64,000 bases of DNA from a bacterium (GTDB lineage Bacteria > Patescibacteriota > Minisyncoccia > UBA6257 > UBA9933), in assembly GCA_021796335.1 (NCBI GenBank), contig JAJYHZ010000001.1:144360-208359 (forward strand). Direction: 5' to 3'. Shown here piece after piece: positions 1 through 9,871 of this stretch. Under the pieces are notes generated by a model. It had not been told where the DNA came from, ran no database searches, and was given only the letters and a program-made list of their open reading frames with translations. The translations under genes were made by a program, and so were the position numbers. Each line of letters starts with the position of its first letter. Positions within the stretch are counted from its first letter, which is position 1.

Positions 1-7
1 ATTTATT

Positions 8-38
8 AAAACCCGTCCCGCTAAGCGGACGGGTTTTT
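8..38 (+). terminator. Intrinsic terminator-like hairpin
   Basis: AAAACCCGTCC-CGCTAAGC-GGACGGGTTTTT stem-loop with T tract. Confidence 0.7.
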
Positions 39-121
39 GGACAAGTATTAATCTGTGTGATAACTTATAATCAGAAATTTTATCTAAAAATAACCGAAAA
101 ATCTGAAGGAGGAACAAGTCA

Positions 122-889
122 ATGATTGTCAAAGAAGGGAATTATGTCGAAGGTCGCCGCATCGAAGACGTATGGAGAGACTTGCTGTGGCTCACCGTCA
201 TGAAAGGTTACGATTTTGTGGTAAAGGGAGGGAGCTATGTCGGGCAGATAAGAAAGCAGCTTGATCTAGTTTCTTTTCGTATCACAAATCCCGGAGAACG
301 TCCGCTTGCACCCATAATGACCGGCGGCCGTAAGGCACCGACATCGGATGAGGCGATCGATATGTACTTCGCCAACTATCTAATAGATACAACGTTGGCT
401 GAAAACGAGCAGTACAAATATTCGACCTACATCAGTCCGCAAGTGGACAGGATAGTCGAACTCATCCTCAAATCCATAGGCGGAACCAATCAGGCCTGCA
501 TCTCGGTCGGAGACGTTGGATCGGTAAACTTACCTGACCCTCCTTGCCTGAGGGTGATGAGTTTCAAGGTTGTGAAGGGTAAGTTGAACTGCTCGGTTTT
601 CTTCAGGTCATGGGACCTTGTTACCGGTCTTCCGCAGAACATCGGAGGGTTTCAGCTTATGAAAGAGTTCGTTCTCTCTAAACTGAAGGAAAACGAACTT
701 AATCTCCAGGATGGCGAGATGATTGGCTATAGTGATGGTCTTCATATTTATGAGCAGTATTTTGAGTTGGTAGACGGCCTCACTGTGGACAAAATCCGCA
801 TAGATCCCGAAGTGTTAAAAGATCAGCAAGAGTTTTTGGCAAGCAATGAATATAAAGCCGTAGTTGCCAAGAACGCTACCGCTATGTAA
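122..889 (+). CDS. thyA: Thymidylate synthase (ThyA fold, archaeal-like type)
   Basis: PPCL catalytic Cys, RSWD...GLPQN and HIY motifs; GGAGG SD; adjacent to dCMP deaminase and dUTPase. Confidence 0.85.
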   Translation: MIVKEGNYVEGRRIEDVWRDLLWLTVMKGYDFVVKGGSYVGQIRKQLDLVSFRITNPGERPLAPIMTGGRKAPTSDEAIDMYFANYLIDTTLAENEQYKYSTYISPQVDRIVELILKSIGGTNQACISVGDVGSVNLPDPPCLRVMSFKVVKGKLNCSVFFRSWDLVTGLPQNIGGFQLMKEFVLSKLKENELNLQDGEMIGYSDGLHIYEQYFELVDGLTVDKIRIDPEVLKDQQEFLASNEYKAVVAKNATAM

Positions 890-917
890 ATATGTAAAAT
901 TGTGTTAACTATAAAAT

Positions 918-941
918 AAAAGGGGGCAATCGCCCCCTTTT
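918..941 (+). terminator. Intrinsic terminator
   Basis: AAAAGGGGGC-AATC-GCCCCCTTTT. Confidence 0.75.
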
Positions 942-985
942 AAATTCGCTTTGACAAAAAAATTTTTGAATCTATTATTAACTTA

Positions 986-1474
986 ATGGAACAAAATTCA
1001 TCTCGTCCCACCTGGGATGAATATTTTATAAACCTCATTCAGACAATCGGCACTCGGGCAACTTGTGATCGGGGAAGATCGGGCTGCGTCGTTGTTCGAG
1101 ATAAGAGAATCTTGACGAGCGGATATGTCGGATCCCCGATTGGCACAAAACATTGTGATGACGTTGGCCATGAAATGCACTCTGTTATTCACGAAGATGG
1201 AACTCAAACTCGCCATTGCATAAGGACGGCTCATGCGGAGCAAAATGCTATTGCTAATGCCGCGCGCTTTGGCGTAGCCCTTGATGGCTCAACTTTATAT
1301 TGCAAAATGACGCCTTGTTATGCTTGCGCCAAAATGATTATTAATGCGGGAATTAAACGCGTTGTTTGTGAGAAGGATTATCATGCCGGCCAACGCAGTA
1401 AGGAAATTTTTCGAGAAGCTGGCATAGAATATAATTTAGTAAATAATGAAGTCCAAACCTATGCCGACATGTAA
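986..1474 (+). CDS. dCMP deaminase (ComEB family)
   Basis: RPTWDEYF start, HAEQNAI and PCxxC Zn motifs. Confidence 0.9.
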   Translation: MEQNSSRPTWDEYFINLIQTIGTRATCDRGRSGCVVVRDKRILTSGYVGSPIGTKHCDDVGHEMHSVIHEDGTQTRHCIRTAHAEQNAIANAARFGVALDGSTLYCKMTPCYACAKMIINAGIKRVVCEKDYHAGQRSKEIFREAGIEYNLVNNEVQTYADM

Positions 1475-2045
1475 TAACTCCAAAATAATTGCGCTCCTCG
1501 GCCTTCCGGGATCGGGCAAAACAGAAGTCATAGATTATCTTATCAAAAAATATAATTGGCCAAAGGTCTATTTTGGCGATGTTACATTTGACGAAATAAA
1601 AAAAAGGAAATTAGAAATTAATGAAAAAAACGAACGATTTGTTCGGGAAGACCTTAGAAAAAAATACGGGCAATTATATTACGCTAAACAGGTCATTAAA
1701 AAAATCAAAAAAATAAATTCAAAAACCATTCTTGTTGAAAGCTTATATTCCTGGGATGAATATTTGCGATTTAAGAAAGAATTTAATAATTGCTTTATTG
1801 CGATTGCTATATACTCGTCACCCCAAACCCGTTATAACAGATTAAAAAACAGGCCAATTCGGCCATTGACCCCTCAAGAAACCCAGGGTCGGGATTATTC
1901 CCAATTGGAAAATCTTAAACAAGGAAGTCCTATTGCCTTGGCAGATTTTACCATAATTAATGAAGGAACAAAAAGTGAGTTAATAAATAAAATAAATAAG
2001 ATTATTAAAAACTATTTTAATGAAACTCAAAATTCAAAAAATTAA
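1446..2045 (+). CDS. P-loop nucleotide kinase (archaeal dephospho-CoA-kinase-like family)
   Basis: GLPGSGKT Walker A, R..RL..R lid, ADFTIINEG; start codon uncertain. Confidence 0.65.
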   Translation: MKSKPMPTCNNSKIIALLGLPGSGKTEVIDYLIKKYNWPKVYFGDVTFDEIKKRKLEINEKNERFVREDLRKKYGQLYYAKQVIKKIKKINSKTILVESLYSWDEYLRFKKEFNNCFIAIAIYSSPQTRYNRLKNRPIRPLTPQETQGRDYSQLENLKQGSPIALADFTIINEGTKSELINKINKIIKNYFNETQNSKN

Positions 2046-2448
2046 TTCGGAAGCTGTTTTGCCGAACTTTGCCAAACCCGGTGATGCTGGATTAGATTTT
2101 TATTCGGCAGAAAATATTACTTTAAAACCTGACCAGCGACAAGCAATAAGAACCGGAATTAAAATGGAAATTCCTGATGGCTATGTTGGCTTAATTTGGG
2201 ACAAAAGCGGCTTATCTATAAATAGTGGTTTAAAAGTAATCGGCGGAGTAATCGATTCCGGTTATCGGGGCGAAATTAAAATCGGGTTATTGAATATAGG
2301 AAATGAAGGTTTTGAAATAAAAGCAAAAATGAAAATAGCTCAGATGTTAATTCAAAAAGTTGAATACCCGGAAATAATAGAGGAGGCTAATAGCCTCAGC
2401 AAAACCAAAAGGGGCGAGGCCGGCTTTGGTAGCACGGGCATAATTTAG
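2020..2448 (+). CDS. dut: dUTPase (trimeric)
   Basis: DAGLD, KSG, GVIDSGYRGEI, AQ, RGEAGFGSTG motifs. Confidence 0.95.
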   Translation: MKLKIQKINSEAVLPNFAKPGDAGLDFYSAENITLKPDQRQAIRTGIKMEIPDGYVGLIWDKSGLSINSGLKVIGGVIDSGYRGEIKIGLLNIGNEGFEIKAKMKIAQMLIQKVEYPEIIEEANSLSKTKRGEAGFGSTGII

Positions 2449-2478
2449 GTTTGTGTTAATGTGTTAAATTGTGGATAA

Positions 2479-2516
2479 CCAATCAAATTTTGAGCGATCG
2501 CTCAAAATTTGATTGG
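2479..2516. repeat. Perfect 38-bp palindrome abutting a DnaA-box match (2470-2478)
   Basis: CCAATCAAATTTTGAGCGA|TCGCTCAAAATTTGATTGG; TGTGGATAA immediately upstream. Confidence 0.9.
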
Positions 2517-2559
2517 GGCTGGTTTCGGTTTATTCGGTTAATCCCGTATCGCGGCGTCA

Positions 2560-2588
2560 TTGACAGCCAAATTACTATCTGTTAATAT
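2560..2588 (+). promoter_or_regulatory. Putative sigma70 promoter of ribosomal protein operon
   Basis: TTGACA-17 nt-TAATAT upstream of rplC. Confidence 0.55.
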
Positions 2589-2723
2589 TTTTAAGTATAA
2601 AAATTTATTATAGATGTTGCATTTCTGTTGCGCATATACTACAATTTTTATCACGCCAAAATAATTCTAAAGATTTAGCTGAAGAAATAAATGAGGGGCT
2701 AAATCCCTCATTTTATTTGCATC

Positions 2724-3323
2724 ATGAAATTTATTCTCGGCAAAAAAATAAAAATGACTCAAATTTGGAAAAATGACAAGGTTGTTCCCGTAACCTTAGT
2801 TCAAGCCGGTCCGGTAACTGTTACTCAAATCAGGTCAAAAGATAAAGACGGCTATGAAGCTGTTCAGGTTGGCTTTGATGCAACCAAGAAGAAATTGAAT
2901 AAACCGGAAAAAGGTCATTTAAAAGATCTGGGAAATTTCCGACATTTGAAAGAATTCAAAGCAAACAAAGAATACAAAGTGGGCGATGTTCTGAATGTTG
3001 CCCAATTCGTTGAAGGAGACAAGATTAGAATAAGCGGATTTAATAAGGGTCGCGGTTTCCAGGGCGGAGTCAAAAGGCATAATTTTGCCGGCGGGCCAAA
3101 AACCCACGGCCAAAAAAACAGATTTCGAGCCCCTGGTTCAATTGGATCAACCGCTCCGCAAAGAGTTCTGCCGGGACTAAAAATGGCCGGTCACATGGGA
3201 GTTGAAAGAACTACGATTAAAAACGCCAGAGTTATTGATACTGATAAAGAAAAAAATATTTTGATGATCAAAGGGCCTGTTCCTGGCATGAAGGGAACAT
3301 TATTAGAAATTACCGCCAACTAA
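2724..3323 (+). CDS. rplC: 50S ribosomal protein L3
   Basis: GKKIKMTQ, KGRGFQGGVKRH, RAPGSIG. Confidence 0.98.
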   Translation: MKFILGKKIKMTQIWKNDKVVPVTLVQAGPVTVTQIRSKDKDGYEAVQVGFDATKKKLNKPEKGHLKDLGNFRHLKEFKANKEYKVGDVLNVAQFVEGDKIRISGFNKGRGFQGGVKRHNFAGGPKTHGQKNRFRAPGSIGSTAPQRVLPGLKMAGHMGVERTTIKNARVIDTDKEKNILMIKGPVPGMKGTLLEITAN

Positions 3324-3341
3324 CGACTAAGAGCTATTTCA

Positions 3342-3980
3342 ATGAAAGTAGAAATTTTCGACAAACAGAATAAAAAAAGCGGAGAAATTGCCTTATCAGA
3401 CAAGGTTTTTGATGTTGAGTTGAATAAAAATCTGATTCACCAGGCGATTACGACTCACATGGCCAATTCCAGAAAGCCCTGGGCGCACGTCAAAGACAGG
3501 GGAGAAGTTTCCGGAGGAGGCAAAAAACCATGGAAACAAAAAGGAACCGGCCGCGCGCGACACGGATCAATCCGCTCTCCGTTATGGATCGGCGGAGGAG
3601 TGACCCATGGACCCAGAAACGAAAGAGATTTCTCCAAGAAACTTAATAAAAAAATGAAGCAATTGGCGACTTTTATGGCCTTATCCCAAAAATTGAGGGA
3701 TAAGGAATTGATAATTGTCGACGAACTGGGTAATTCTAAGAAAACAAAAGATTGGACAAACATTTTGAAAAATTTTATTGATTTAAGAACAAAAACCGCA
3801 TTAATCCTGGAAGCGGCGAATAAAAACAGCGCCAAGGCCATTTCCAATATTAAAAATATCGATACATTGTGTCCGAAATCCTTAAATGCTTATGACTTAT
3901 TCAGGAGTAAATATATTATTTTAGAATCAAAAGCAGTCGAAGAAATCCAAAATCACTACAAAAATATTTCTAATTCCTAA
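3342..3980 (+). CDS. rplD: 50S ribosomal protein L4
   Basis: GGGKKPWKQKGTGRARHGSIRSP. Confidence 0.98.
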   Translation: MKVEIFDKQNKKSGEIALSDKVFDVELNKNLIHQAITTHMANSRKPWAHVKDRGEVSGGGKKPWKQKGTGRARHGSIRSPLWIGGGVTHGPRNERDFSKKLNKKMKQLATFMALSQKLRDKELIIVDELGNSKKTKDWTNILKNFIDLRTKTALILEAANKNSAKAISNIKNIDTLCPKSLNAYDLFRSKYIILESKAVEEIQNHYKNISNS

Positions 3981-3997
3981 TTATCCTAATTTCTAAA

Positions 3998-4345
3998 ATG
4001 GCTACCAAAAAGCAAAAAATTGAAGACGTAAAAAATGAAAAGAATCTTGTTGCCGCGAATGATTTTTCCAATGTCTTTGCCGTAAAAAATCCGTGGGTAA
4101 GCGAGAAAGCGTATTCGCTGTCGCAGCTTGGGCAGTATGTTTTTTTGGTTAATCCGCAAACGAATAAAAACGAAGTTAAAAAAGCGGTTAAGGTGATTTA
4201 TAAAGTGGATCCGATTTCCGTCAATATCGTAAATCTTCCCGGGAAATCGAAAAAATTCGGGCAGATTAAAGGCAAGAAATCCGGATATAAGAAAGCAATT
4301 GTAAAACTAAAAGAAGGCCAAAAGATCGATATCATGCCCGCGTAA
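3998..4345 (+). CDS. rplW: 50S ribosomal protein L23
   Basis: [13 protein letters not shown]; operon order. Confidence 0.95.
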   Translation: MATKKQKIEDVKNEKNLVAANDFSNVFAVKNPWVSEKAYSLSQLGQYVFLVNPQTNKNEVKKAVKVIYKVDPISVNIVNLPGKSKKFGQIKGKKSGYKKAIVKLKEGQKIDIMPA

Positions 4346-4350
4346 AAATT

Positions 4351-5172
4351 ATGAAAAAATATACACCGACAACCGCATCAAGAAGGCAAATGACTAATGT
4401 CGATTACGATCAGATCAGTAAAACCAGGCCAATAAAGAGGCTGACTGTTCGCTTGGCGAAAAGAGCCGGGAGAAATAATCAAGGCAGGATCACGACTCGG
4501 CATCAGGGCGGCGGGAATAAAAATCTTTACAGGATAATTGATTTTAAACAGAACAAAGTGAATATTCCGGCAAGGGTGGAGGCTATTGAATACGATCCGT
4601 ACAGGACCGCCTTTATCGCCAGAATTATTTATAAAGACGGCGAAAGAAATTATATCTTGGCGCCCAAAGATTTGAAAATTGGTGATGAAATTGTTACATT
4701 GGAAAGCGCGCCGCTTAAAACCGGAAATCGATTGGTTTTAAAAAATATTCCAGTCGGTTACTTTGTTTACAATATTGAGCTGAAACTTGGGAGAGGAGGG
4801 CAAATAGCCAGATCGGCTGGCGCGTATGCCCAAATATTGGCTCAAGAAGGAAATACAACCCATTTAAAACTTTCTTCCGGTGAAATCCGAAAAGTTCTGG
4901 GAAATTGTTTTGCTTCAATCGGTCAGGCTTCAAATATTGAACATAATTTGGTTAATATTGGAAAAGCCGGTCATACACGACATCTTGGAATCAGGCCGAC
5001 CGTCCGTGGCACTGCCATGAACCCCGTTGATCATCCTTATGGCGGCGGCGAAGGCAGACAAAGAAGAGGCACAAAGAGACCAAAAACCTTGTGGGGCAAA
5101 GTTACCGGAGGCAGAAAAACAAGGAAGAAAAAGAAATGGTCAAATAAATTAATCGTAAAAAGAAGGAAATAA
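4351..5172 (+). CDS. rplB: 50S ribosomal protein L2
   Basis: [26 protein letters not shown]. Confidence 0.98.
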   Translation: MKKYTPTTASRRQMTNVDYDQISKTRPIKRLTVRLAKRAGRNNQGRITTRHQGGGNKNLYRIIDFKQNKVNIPARVEAIEYDPYRTAFIARIIYKDGERNYILAPKDLKIGDEIVTLESAPLKTGNRLVLKNIPVGYFVYNIELKLGRGGQIARSAGAYAQILAQEGNTTHLKLSSGEIRKVLGNCFASIGQASNIEHNLVNIGKAGHTRHLGIRPTVRGTAMNPVDHPYGGGEGRQRRGTKRPKTLWGKVTGGRKTRKKKKWSNKLIVKRRK

Positions 5173-5178
5173 AAAACA

Positions 5179-5481
5179 ATGAGCAGATCAAGTAAAAAAG
5201 GTCCATATGTCGATTCGAAACTGCTGAAAAAAATCGCCAATTTAAGGCCGGGCGGAAAAGAAATAATTAAAACCTGGTCTCGCGATTCTGAGGTTTCACC
5301 GGAAATGATCGGATTTACTTTTGGCGTTCATAACGGGAAAGACTTTGTAAACGTAAGAATCACCGAGGATATGGTTGGCCACAGATTAGGAGAATTTTCA
5401 TTGACCAGAAAATTCGTTCGCCATGGAGGTAAAATGCAAAAAGAGCTGGAAAGAAAAGCAGCCGCTCCCGGAGGTAAATAA
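5179..5481 (+). CDS. rpsS: 30S ribosomal protein S19
   Basis: [22 protein letters not shown]. Confidence 0.98.
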   Translation: MSRSSKKGPYVDSKLLKKIANLRPGGKEIIKTWSRDSEVSPEMIGFTFGVHNGKDFVNVRITEDMVGHRLGEFSLTRKFVRHGGKMQKELERKAAAPGGK

Positions 5482-5504
5482 ATCGTTAAAATCAAAAGAT
5501 CAAA

Positions 5505-6050
5505 ATGACCAACAGTAAAGAAAAACAATTGCAAACAGCTCAATTAAAGCACCTGAGAATGGCTCCGCGCAAAGTGCGTCTGGTTGCTGGTTTACTCAAG
5601 GGTATGTCTGTTAATAATGCCGAAGCGCAGTTATTGGTAAATCCGAAAAGAGCGACAGAGCCGCTGTTGAAGTTGTTAAAATCAGCAATTTCTAACGCTA
5701 AAAATCAGCAAATGGACGTTGAGAAGCTTTTTATAAAGGAAATCAGGGTTGACGGCGCGCCAATGTTAAAAAGATGGTTGCCTCGAGCGCAGGGACGAGC
5801 TACTCCTATTCAAAAAAAAGGAAGCCATATCACAATTATTTTGGCGGAGTCTGAAAAAATTAAACCCTCCAGATTTAAAATTGCGGAAGTAGAAAAACCG
5901 AAAAAATCCCAAAAAGCCGACGAGCATGAACATGAGCATGAACACGAGCATGTCCATGACCATGAATATGAGCATATTGAGAAAAAAGAAAAATTAACCC
6001 AAGACGGCAAAGGATTTTCCAAAAAAATATTCAGAAGAAAGGCAGTATAA
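5505..6050 (+). CDS. rplV: 50S ribosomal protein L22 with His/Glu-rich C-terminal extension
   Basis: RMAPRKVRLVA, PRAQGRA; tail contains EHEHEHEHEHVHDHEYEH. Confidence 0.96.
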   Translation: MTNSKEKQLQTAQLKHLRMAPRKVRLVAGLLKGMSVNNAEAQLLVNPKRATEPLLKLLKSAISNAKNQQMDVEKLFIKEIRVDGAPMLKRWLPRAQGRATPIQKKGSHITIILAESEKIKPSRFKIAEVEKPKKSQKADEHEHEHEHEHVHDHEYEHIEKKEKLTQDGKGFSKKIFRRKAV

Positions 6051-6119
6051 TAATTAAATTATCAGATTTTAGTCTTTAGTATTTAAAATCTAACTAATAA
6101 TAACTAAAAATTATTTCAA

Positions 6120-6827
6120 ATGGGTCATAAGATTAAACCAACTTCATTAAGGATCGGAGTTATCAAAGATTGGAATGCGCGATGGTTCCCGAAGAAACGG
6201 AATTTCAAAACTCTTTTAGAAGAAGATGTTTTGATTCGCAAAATTATTGACGATAAAATTTCTCAGGCTGAAATTGACAGAATCTCTATTGAAAGAGTTG
6301 GCGATTCCGTAAAAATATTCATCAAAACCGCCAAACCGGGCTTGATTATCGGCCGTGGCGGAAAAGGAATTGAGGACTTGACTAGATTGCTGGAAAAGAA
6401 AATCAATAATATCCGTGCTTTGAAAAAAATAAAAAAATTGGGCGGATTAAATTTAAATATCGAAGAATTGAAAAGAACTGAAATTTCTGCCGGTGTCATT
6501 GCCCAAAATATCGCGAAAGATTTAGAAAGAAGAATGCCGTTTCGCAGAGTTATTAAAAGGCAGTTGGATCAGATTTTGCAGTTCCGTGGCGTCAAAGGTG
6601 CTAAAATCAGGGTTTCCGGACGCTTAAATGGAGCTGACATCGCTCGAGCCGAAGTGCTGTCAAAAGGAACAATCCCTCTTCAGACACTCAGAGCCGATAT
6701 TGATTATGCAGAAGGAACTGCATATACGACGTACGGAACTATTGGAATAAAAGTTTGGATTAATAAAGGGGAAATATTTAACGAAAAAGGCGAAGCTGAA
6801 CAAAAAGGAAGAAATAAAAATAGCTAA
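6120..6827 (+). CDS. rpsC: 30S ribosomal protein S3
   Basis: MGHKIKP, KPGLIIGRGG, PLQTLRADIDY. Confidence 0.98.
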   Translation: MGHKIKPTSLRIGVIKDWNARWFPKKRNFKTLLEEDVLIRKIIDDKISQAEIDRISIERVGDSVKIFIKTAKPGLIIGRGGKGIEDLTRLLEKKINNIRALKKIKKLGGLNLNIEELKRTEISAGVIAQNIAKDLERRMPFRRVIKRQLDQILQFRGVKGAKIRVSGRLNGADIARAEVLSKGTIPLQTLRADIDYAEGTAYTTYGTIGIKVWINKGEIFNEKGEAEQKGRNKNS

Positions 6828-6842
6828 TAGCTGATAACTAAC

Positions 6843-7253
6843 GTGTTAATACCAAAAAAAGTAAAACATAGAAAATGGCAGAAGGGACGCTCAAAAAGCA
6901 GAACCGTTGAAACCAGAGGAACTCAATTGGAGTTTGGCGGCTATGGATTGCAAGCAATGGAGAGTGCCTGGATGAACTCCCGCCAGATAGAAGCGGCCAG
7001 AAAAGCAATCGCGTTTTTTACGAAAAAAGGAGGAAAGACTTGGATTAGAATTTTTCCCGATAAGCCGATTACCAAAAAACCGCCGGAAGTTACATTGGGA
7101 GGCGGTAAAGGATCCGTCGATCATTATGTTTTCCCTGTTAAGCCCGGAAGAATATTGTTTGAACTTGATGGATTGAGAGAAGAAGATATTGTCAAAGCGT
7201 TGACCAGAGCCGGCCATAAACTTCCGGTTAAAACCAGGATAATTAAGAAATAA
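6843..7253 (+). CDS. rplP: 50S ribosomal protein L16
   Basis: GTG start; [23 protein letters not shown]. Confidence 0.98.
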   Translation: MLIPKKVKHRKWQKGRSKSRTVETRGTQLEFGGYGLQAMESAWMNSRQIEAARKAIAFFTKKGGKTWIRIFPDKPITKKPPEVTLGGGKGSVDHYVFPVKPGRILFELDGLREEDIVKALTRAGHKLPVKTRIIKK

Positions 7254-7337
7254 TGACGATAATGCCTGCCTGAATATCGAAGAGGCGGGTAAATATAATT
7301 GTATATCATTACTGCGACGATTAAATAAACTTGTATT

Positions 7338-7535
7338 ATGAAAAATAGCGAATTACAACAATTAAAAAACAAATCAATTGCCGAACTTCAAAAAGATTTA
7401 TCTGAGAATAAAATTAAACTTAGAAGCTTGAAATTTGATTTGGCAGCTGGTAAGGTGAAAAACGTTCAAGAAATAAGAAAAATAAAAAAACTGATTGCGA
7501 TGATTTTAACATTGTTAAATAGCCAGAAACAATAA
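7338..7535 (+). CDS. rpmC: 50S ribosomal protein L29
   Basis: Size, IRKIKKLIA motif, position. Confidence 0.92.
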   Translation: MKNSELQQLKNKSIAELQKDLSENKIKLRSLKFDLAAGKVKNVQEIRKIKKLIAMILTLLNSQKQ

Positions 7536-7537
7536 TT

Positions 7538-7768
7538 ATGAAAAGAAGATTACAGGGAACCGTAGTTTCCGACAAAATGAATAAGACTAGAATTGTTGCG
7601 ATTACCAGGCTAAAAGAGCATTTAAGATATAAAAAATATTTCAAAACCACCGAAAGATTTAAAGCGCATGATGAAAAAAACGAATTCAAATCGGGCGATG
7701 TCGTGATTATTGAAGAAACCAGGCCACTATCAAAAGATAAAAGATGGAAAATTATTAGCAAATTATAA
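7538..7768 (+). CDS. rpsQ: 30S ribosomal protein S17
   Basis: GTVVSDKMNKT, ETRPLSKDKRW. Confidence 0.97.
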   Translation: MKRRLQGTVVSDKMNKTRIVAITRLKEHLRYKKYFKTTERFKAHDEKNEFKSGDVVIIEETRPLSKDKRWKIISKL

Positions 7769-7785
7769 ACCATCAACTAAAGGCG

Positions 7786-8154
7786 ATGATTCAAGAAAGA
7801 TCATTATTAAAAGTTGCAGATAACAGCGGTGCCAAAATAATCCGATGCTTTCGGATTTTGGGCGGCACAAAAAGACGATACGCAAGGCTCGGCGATGTTT
7901 TTATAGCGTCAGTCCAGATCGCGGAACCGCGCAAAGCCGTTAAGAAAAAAGACAAAATCAGAGCGGTTTTAGTCAGGCAAAGCAAGGTAACCAAAAGACC
8001 GGATGGCACGTATTTCCGATTTGACGAAAACGCCGCCGTTGTCGTCAATGCCAAAAATGAACCGGTTGCGACAAGAATTTTCGGCCCTATTCCGAGAGAA
8101 TTAAAAGAAAAAGGTTTTGAAAAAATCGTAACAATGGCGGAGGAAATAGTGTAA
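7786..8154 (+). CDS. rplN: 50S ribosomal protein L14
   Basis: VADNSGAK, FDENAAV, RIFGPIPREL. Confidence 0.98.
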   Translation: MIQERSLLKVADNSGAKIIRCFRILGGTKRRYARLGDVFIASVQIAEPRKAVKKKDKIRAVLVRQSKVTKRPDGTYFRFDENAAVVVNAKNEPVATRIFGPIPRELKEKGFEKIVTMAEEIV

Positions 8155-8231
8155 TATAATCCAAATTAACCAATGTTATCCGAATAAATATTTGTAAATT
8201 TAGATGCAATTCGTAAGTTGGGATTACAATA

Positions 8232-8537
8232 ATGAAAATAGTAAAAGGCGATACAATTAAATTAATTAAAGGAAAAGACAGAGGAAAAACCGGAAAGGTT
8301 TTAAAAGTAATACCGTCAGATGACAGGATTCTGGCGGAGGGTTTGAATATGTACAAAAAGCATGTTCGGCCGAAAAAACAGGGTGAAAAAGGGGAAACGG
8401 TTATTATTCCCAGGCCGTTTAACGCAGCAAACGCCATGGTTGTGTGTTCAAACTGTGATAAACCAACCAGAATCGGCTATGCGATCGAAAACGGCAAAAA
8501 ACAACGGATTTGCAAAAAATGTAAAGCGAGAATATAA
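8232..8537 (+). CDS. rplX: 50S ribosomal protein L24
   Basis: KOW motif KGD....GKDRGKTGKV. Confidence 0.97.
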   Translation: MKIVKGDTIKLIKGKDRGKTGKVLKVIPSDDRILAEGLNMYKKHVRPKKQGEKGETVIIPRPFNAANAMVVCSNCDKPTRIGYAIENGKKQRICKKCKARI

Positions 8538-8538
8538 A

Positions 8539-9096
8539 ATGAGGGAATTATTATTAAAAGAAAAATATTATAAAGAAATTGTTCCGAAGCTTAAAGAAGA
8601 ATTGAAGCTGAAAAATAATTTAATGGCGCCTAAAATCAATAAGGTTGTCGTTAATATCGGCATTGGCCGAATGAGTCAGCAGGCGAACTTCCAAGACAGG
8701 ATTTTGCCGGAAATTATCAAAGATTTGACAATCGTTACCGGACAAAAGCCGAAGCCGACTACCGCCAAAAAATCGATTTCCGGATTCAAATTGAGACAAG
8801 GCCAGATTATCGGATTGAAAGTTACTTTAAGAAGGTCACGAATGTATGATTTTATGGATAAGATCATTAAAACGGTTTTTCCCCGAGTTCGCGATTTTAA
8901 AGGTATCGATTTGAAAAATATCGACAAAAACGGTAATCTTTCAATCGGCCTCAAAGAACACGTGGTTTTCCCTGAGATTAGTCCTGAAACGTCCAAAGTT
9001 GATTTTGGATTGGAAATAACAGTCGTCGCAAAGGCTCGAAACAAGGATGAAGCAATCAAGCTATATCGATTAATCGGCATTCCACTGAAAAAGTAG
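8539..9096 (+). CDS. rplE: 50S ribosomal protein L5
   Basis: KVVVNIGIG, TGQKP, PRVRDFKG; ATG at 8539 preferred over the track start at 8362. Confidence 0.97.
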   Translation: MRELLLKEKYYKEIVPKLKEELKLKNNLMAPKINKVVVNIGIGRMSQQANFQDRILPEIIKDLTIVTGQKPKPTTAKKSISGFKLRQGQIIGLKVTLRRSRMYDFMDKIIKTVFPRVRDFKGIDLKNIDKNGNLSIGLKEHVVFPEISPETSKVDFGLEITVVAKARNKDEAIKLYRLIGIPLKK

Positions 9097-9144
9097 TTAT
9101 TATAAATAATACTGCTAATTACTAATAATTAAAAAATATTTAAA

Positions 9145-9330
9145 ATGGCAAAAAGATCAGTCGTGGCAAGATCACAAAAGAAACCAAAATTTTCAACGCG
9201 TGCAGTTATGCGCTGCTTTAAATGCGGGCGAAAACGGGGATACATAAGGGATTTCGGCCTCTGTAGAATTTGTTTTAGGGAGATGGCCTCAAAAGGTGAA
9301 ATTCCGGGAGTAAAGAAGTCGTCATGGTAA
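9145..9330 (+). CDS. rpsZ: 30S ribosomal protein S14 (Zn-binding type Z)
   Basis: RCFKCGR...LCRICFR, 61 aa. Confidence 0.97.
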   Translation: MAKRSVVARSQKKPKFSTRAVMRCFKCGRKRGYIRDFGLCRICFREMASKGEIPGVKKSSW

Positions 9331-9347
9331 AATATTTATTATTTTTT

Positions 9348-9390
9348 ACAATAACTAACCGCTAATTACTAACAACTAAAAACTATTTAA
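9348..9390 (+). repeat. Leader repeat copy 1 (NNNCTAA heptads)
   Basis: ACAATAACTAACCGCTAATTACTAACAACTAAAAACTATTTAA, near-identical to 9827-9870. Confidence 0.85.
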
Positions 9391-9770
9391 TGTATATAGA
9401 ATTATTAAACAAAATTAAAAACGCTCAACTAGTAAAAAAGGAATCGCTAAAAGTTCCTTTCACCAAGAATAAAGAGAGAATTCTGGAAATTTTGGCGTCA
9501 AAGGGATACATAGAGTCATTTGATAAAAAAGGACGGGGTCCGAAAAAGATTCTAAGCATTAAGCTGAAATATGATGACGGAAAAGGCGTGATTAACGGAT
9601 TTAAATTTATCAGCAAACCTGGCCAAAGAATATATATTGGCTATGAAGAAATTAAATCGGTGAAAAGCGGTTACGGATCATTGGTTATTTCAACGCCCAA
9701 TGGAATTATTACCGGGCCTGAAGCCAGAAAAACCAAAGTCGGCGGCGAAGCGCTTTTCCAAATATGGTAG
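9390..9770 (+). CDS. rpsH: 30S ribosomal protein S8
   Basis: ISKPGQRIY, ISTPNGI, VGGE. Confidence 0.97.
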   Translation: MYIELLNKIKNAQLVKKESLKVPFTKNKERILEILASKGYIESFDKKGRGPKKILSIKLKYDDGKGVINGFKFISKPGQRIYIGYEEIKSVKSGYGSLVISTPNGIITGPEARKTKVGGEALFQIW

Positions 9771-9826
9771 TAAAATATTTATTATTTCTTAGACCTTAGT
9801 TATTAGAAATAACAAATAACATTCAA

Positions 9827-9870
9827 ACAATAACTAACCGCTAATTACTAACATCTAAAAAACTATTTAA
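9827..9870 (+). repeat. Leader repeat copy 2
   Basis: ACAATAACTAACCGCTAATTACTAACATCTAAAAAACTATTTAA. Confidence 0.85.
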
Positions 9871-9871
9871 A

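Noticed and set aside
2470-2720. Replication origin
   Set aside because: Only one clear DnaA box and no dnaA nearby.
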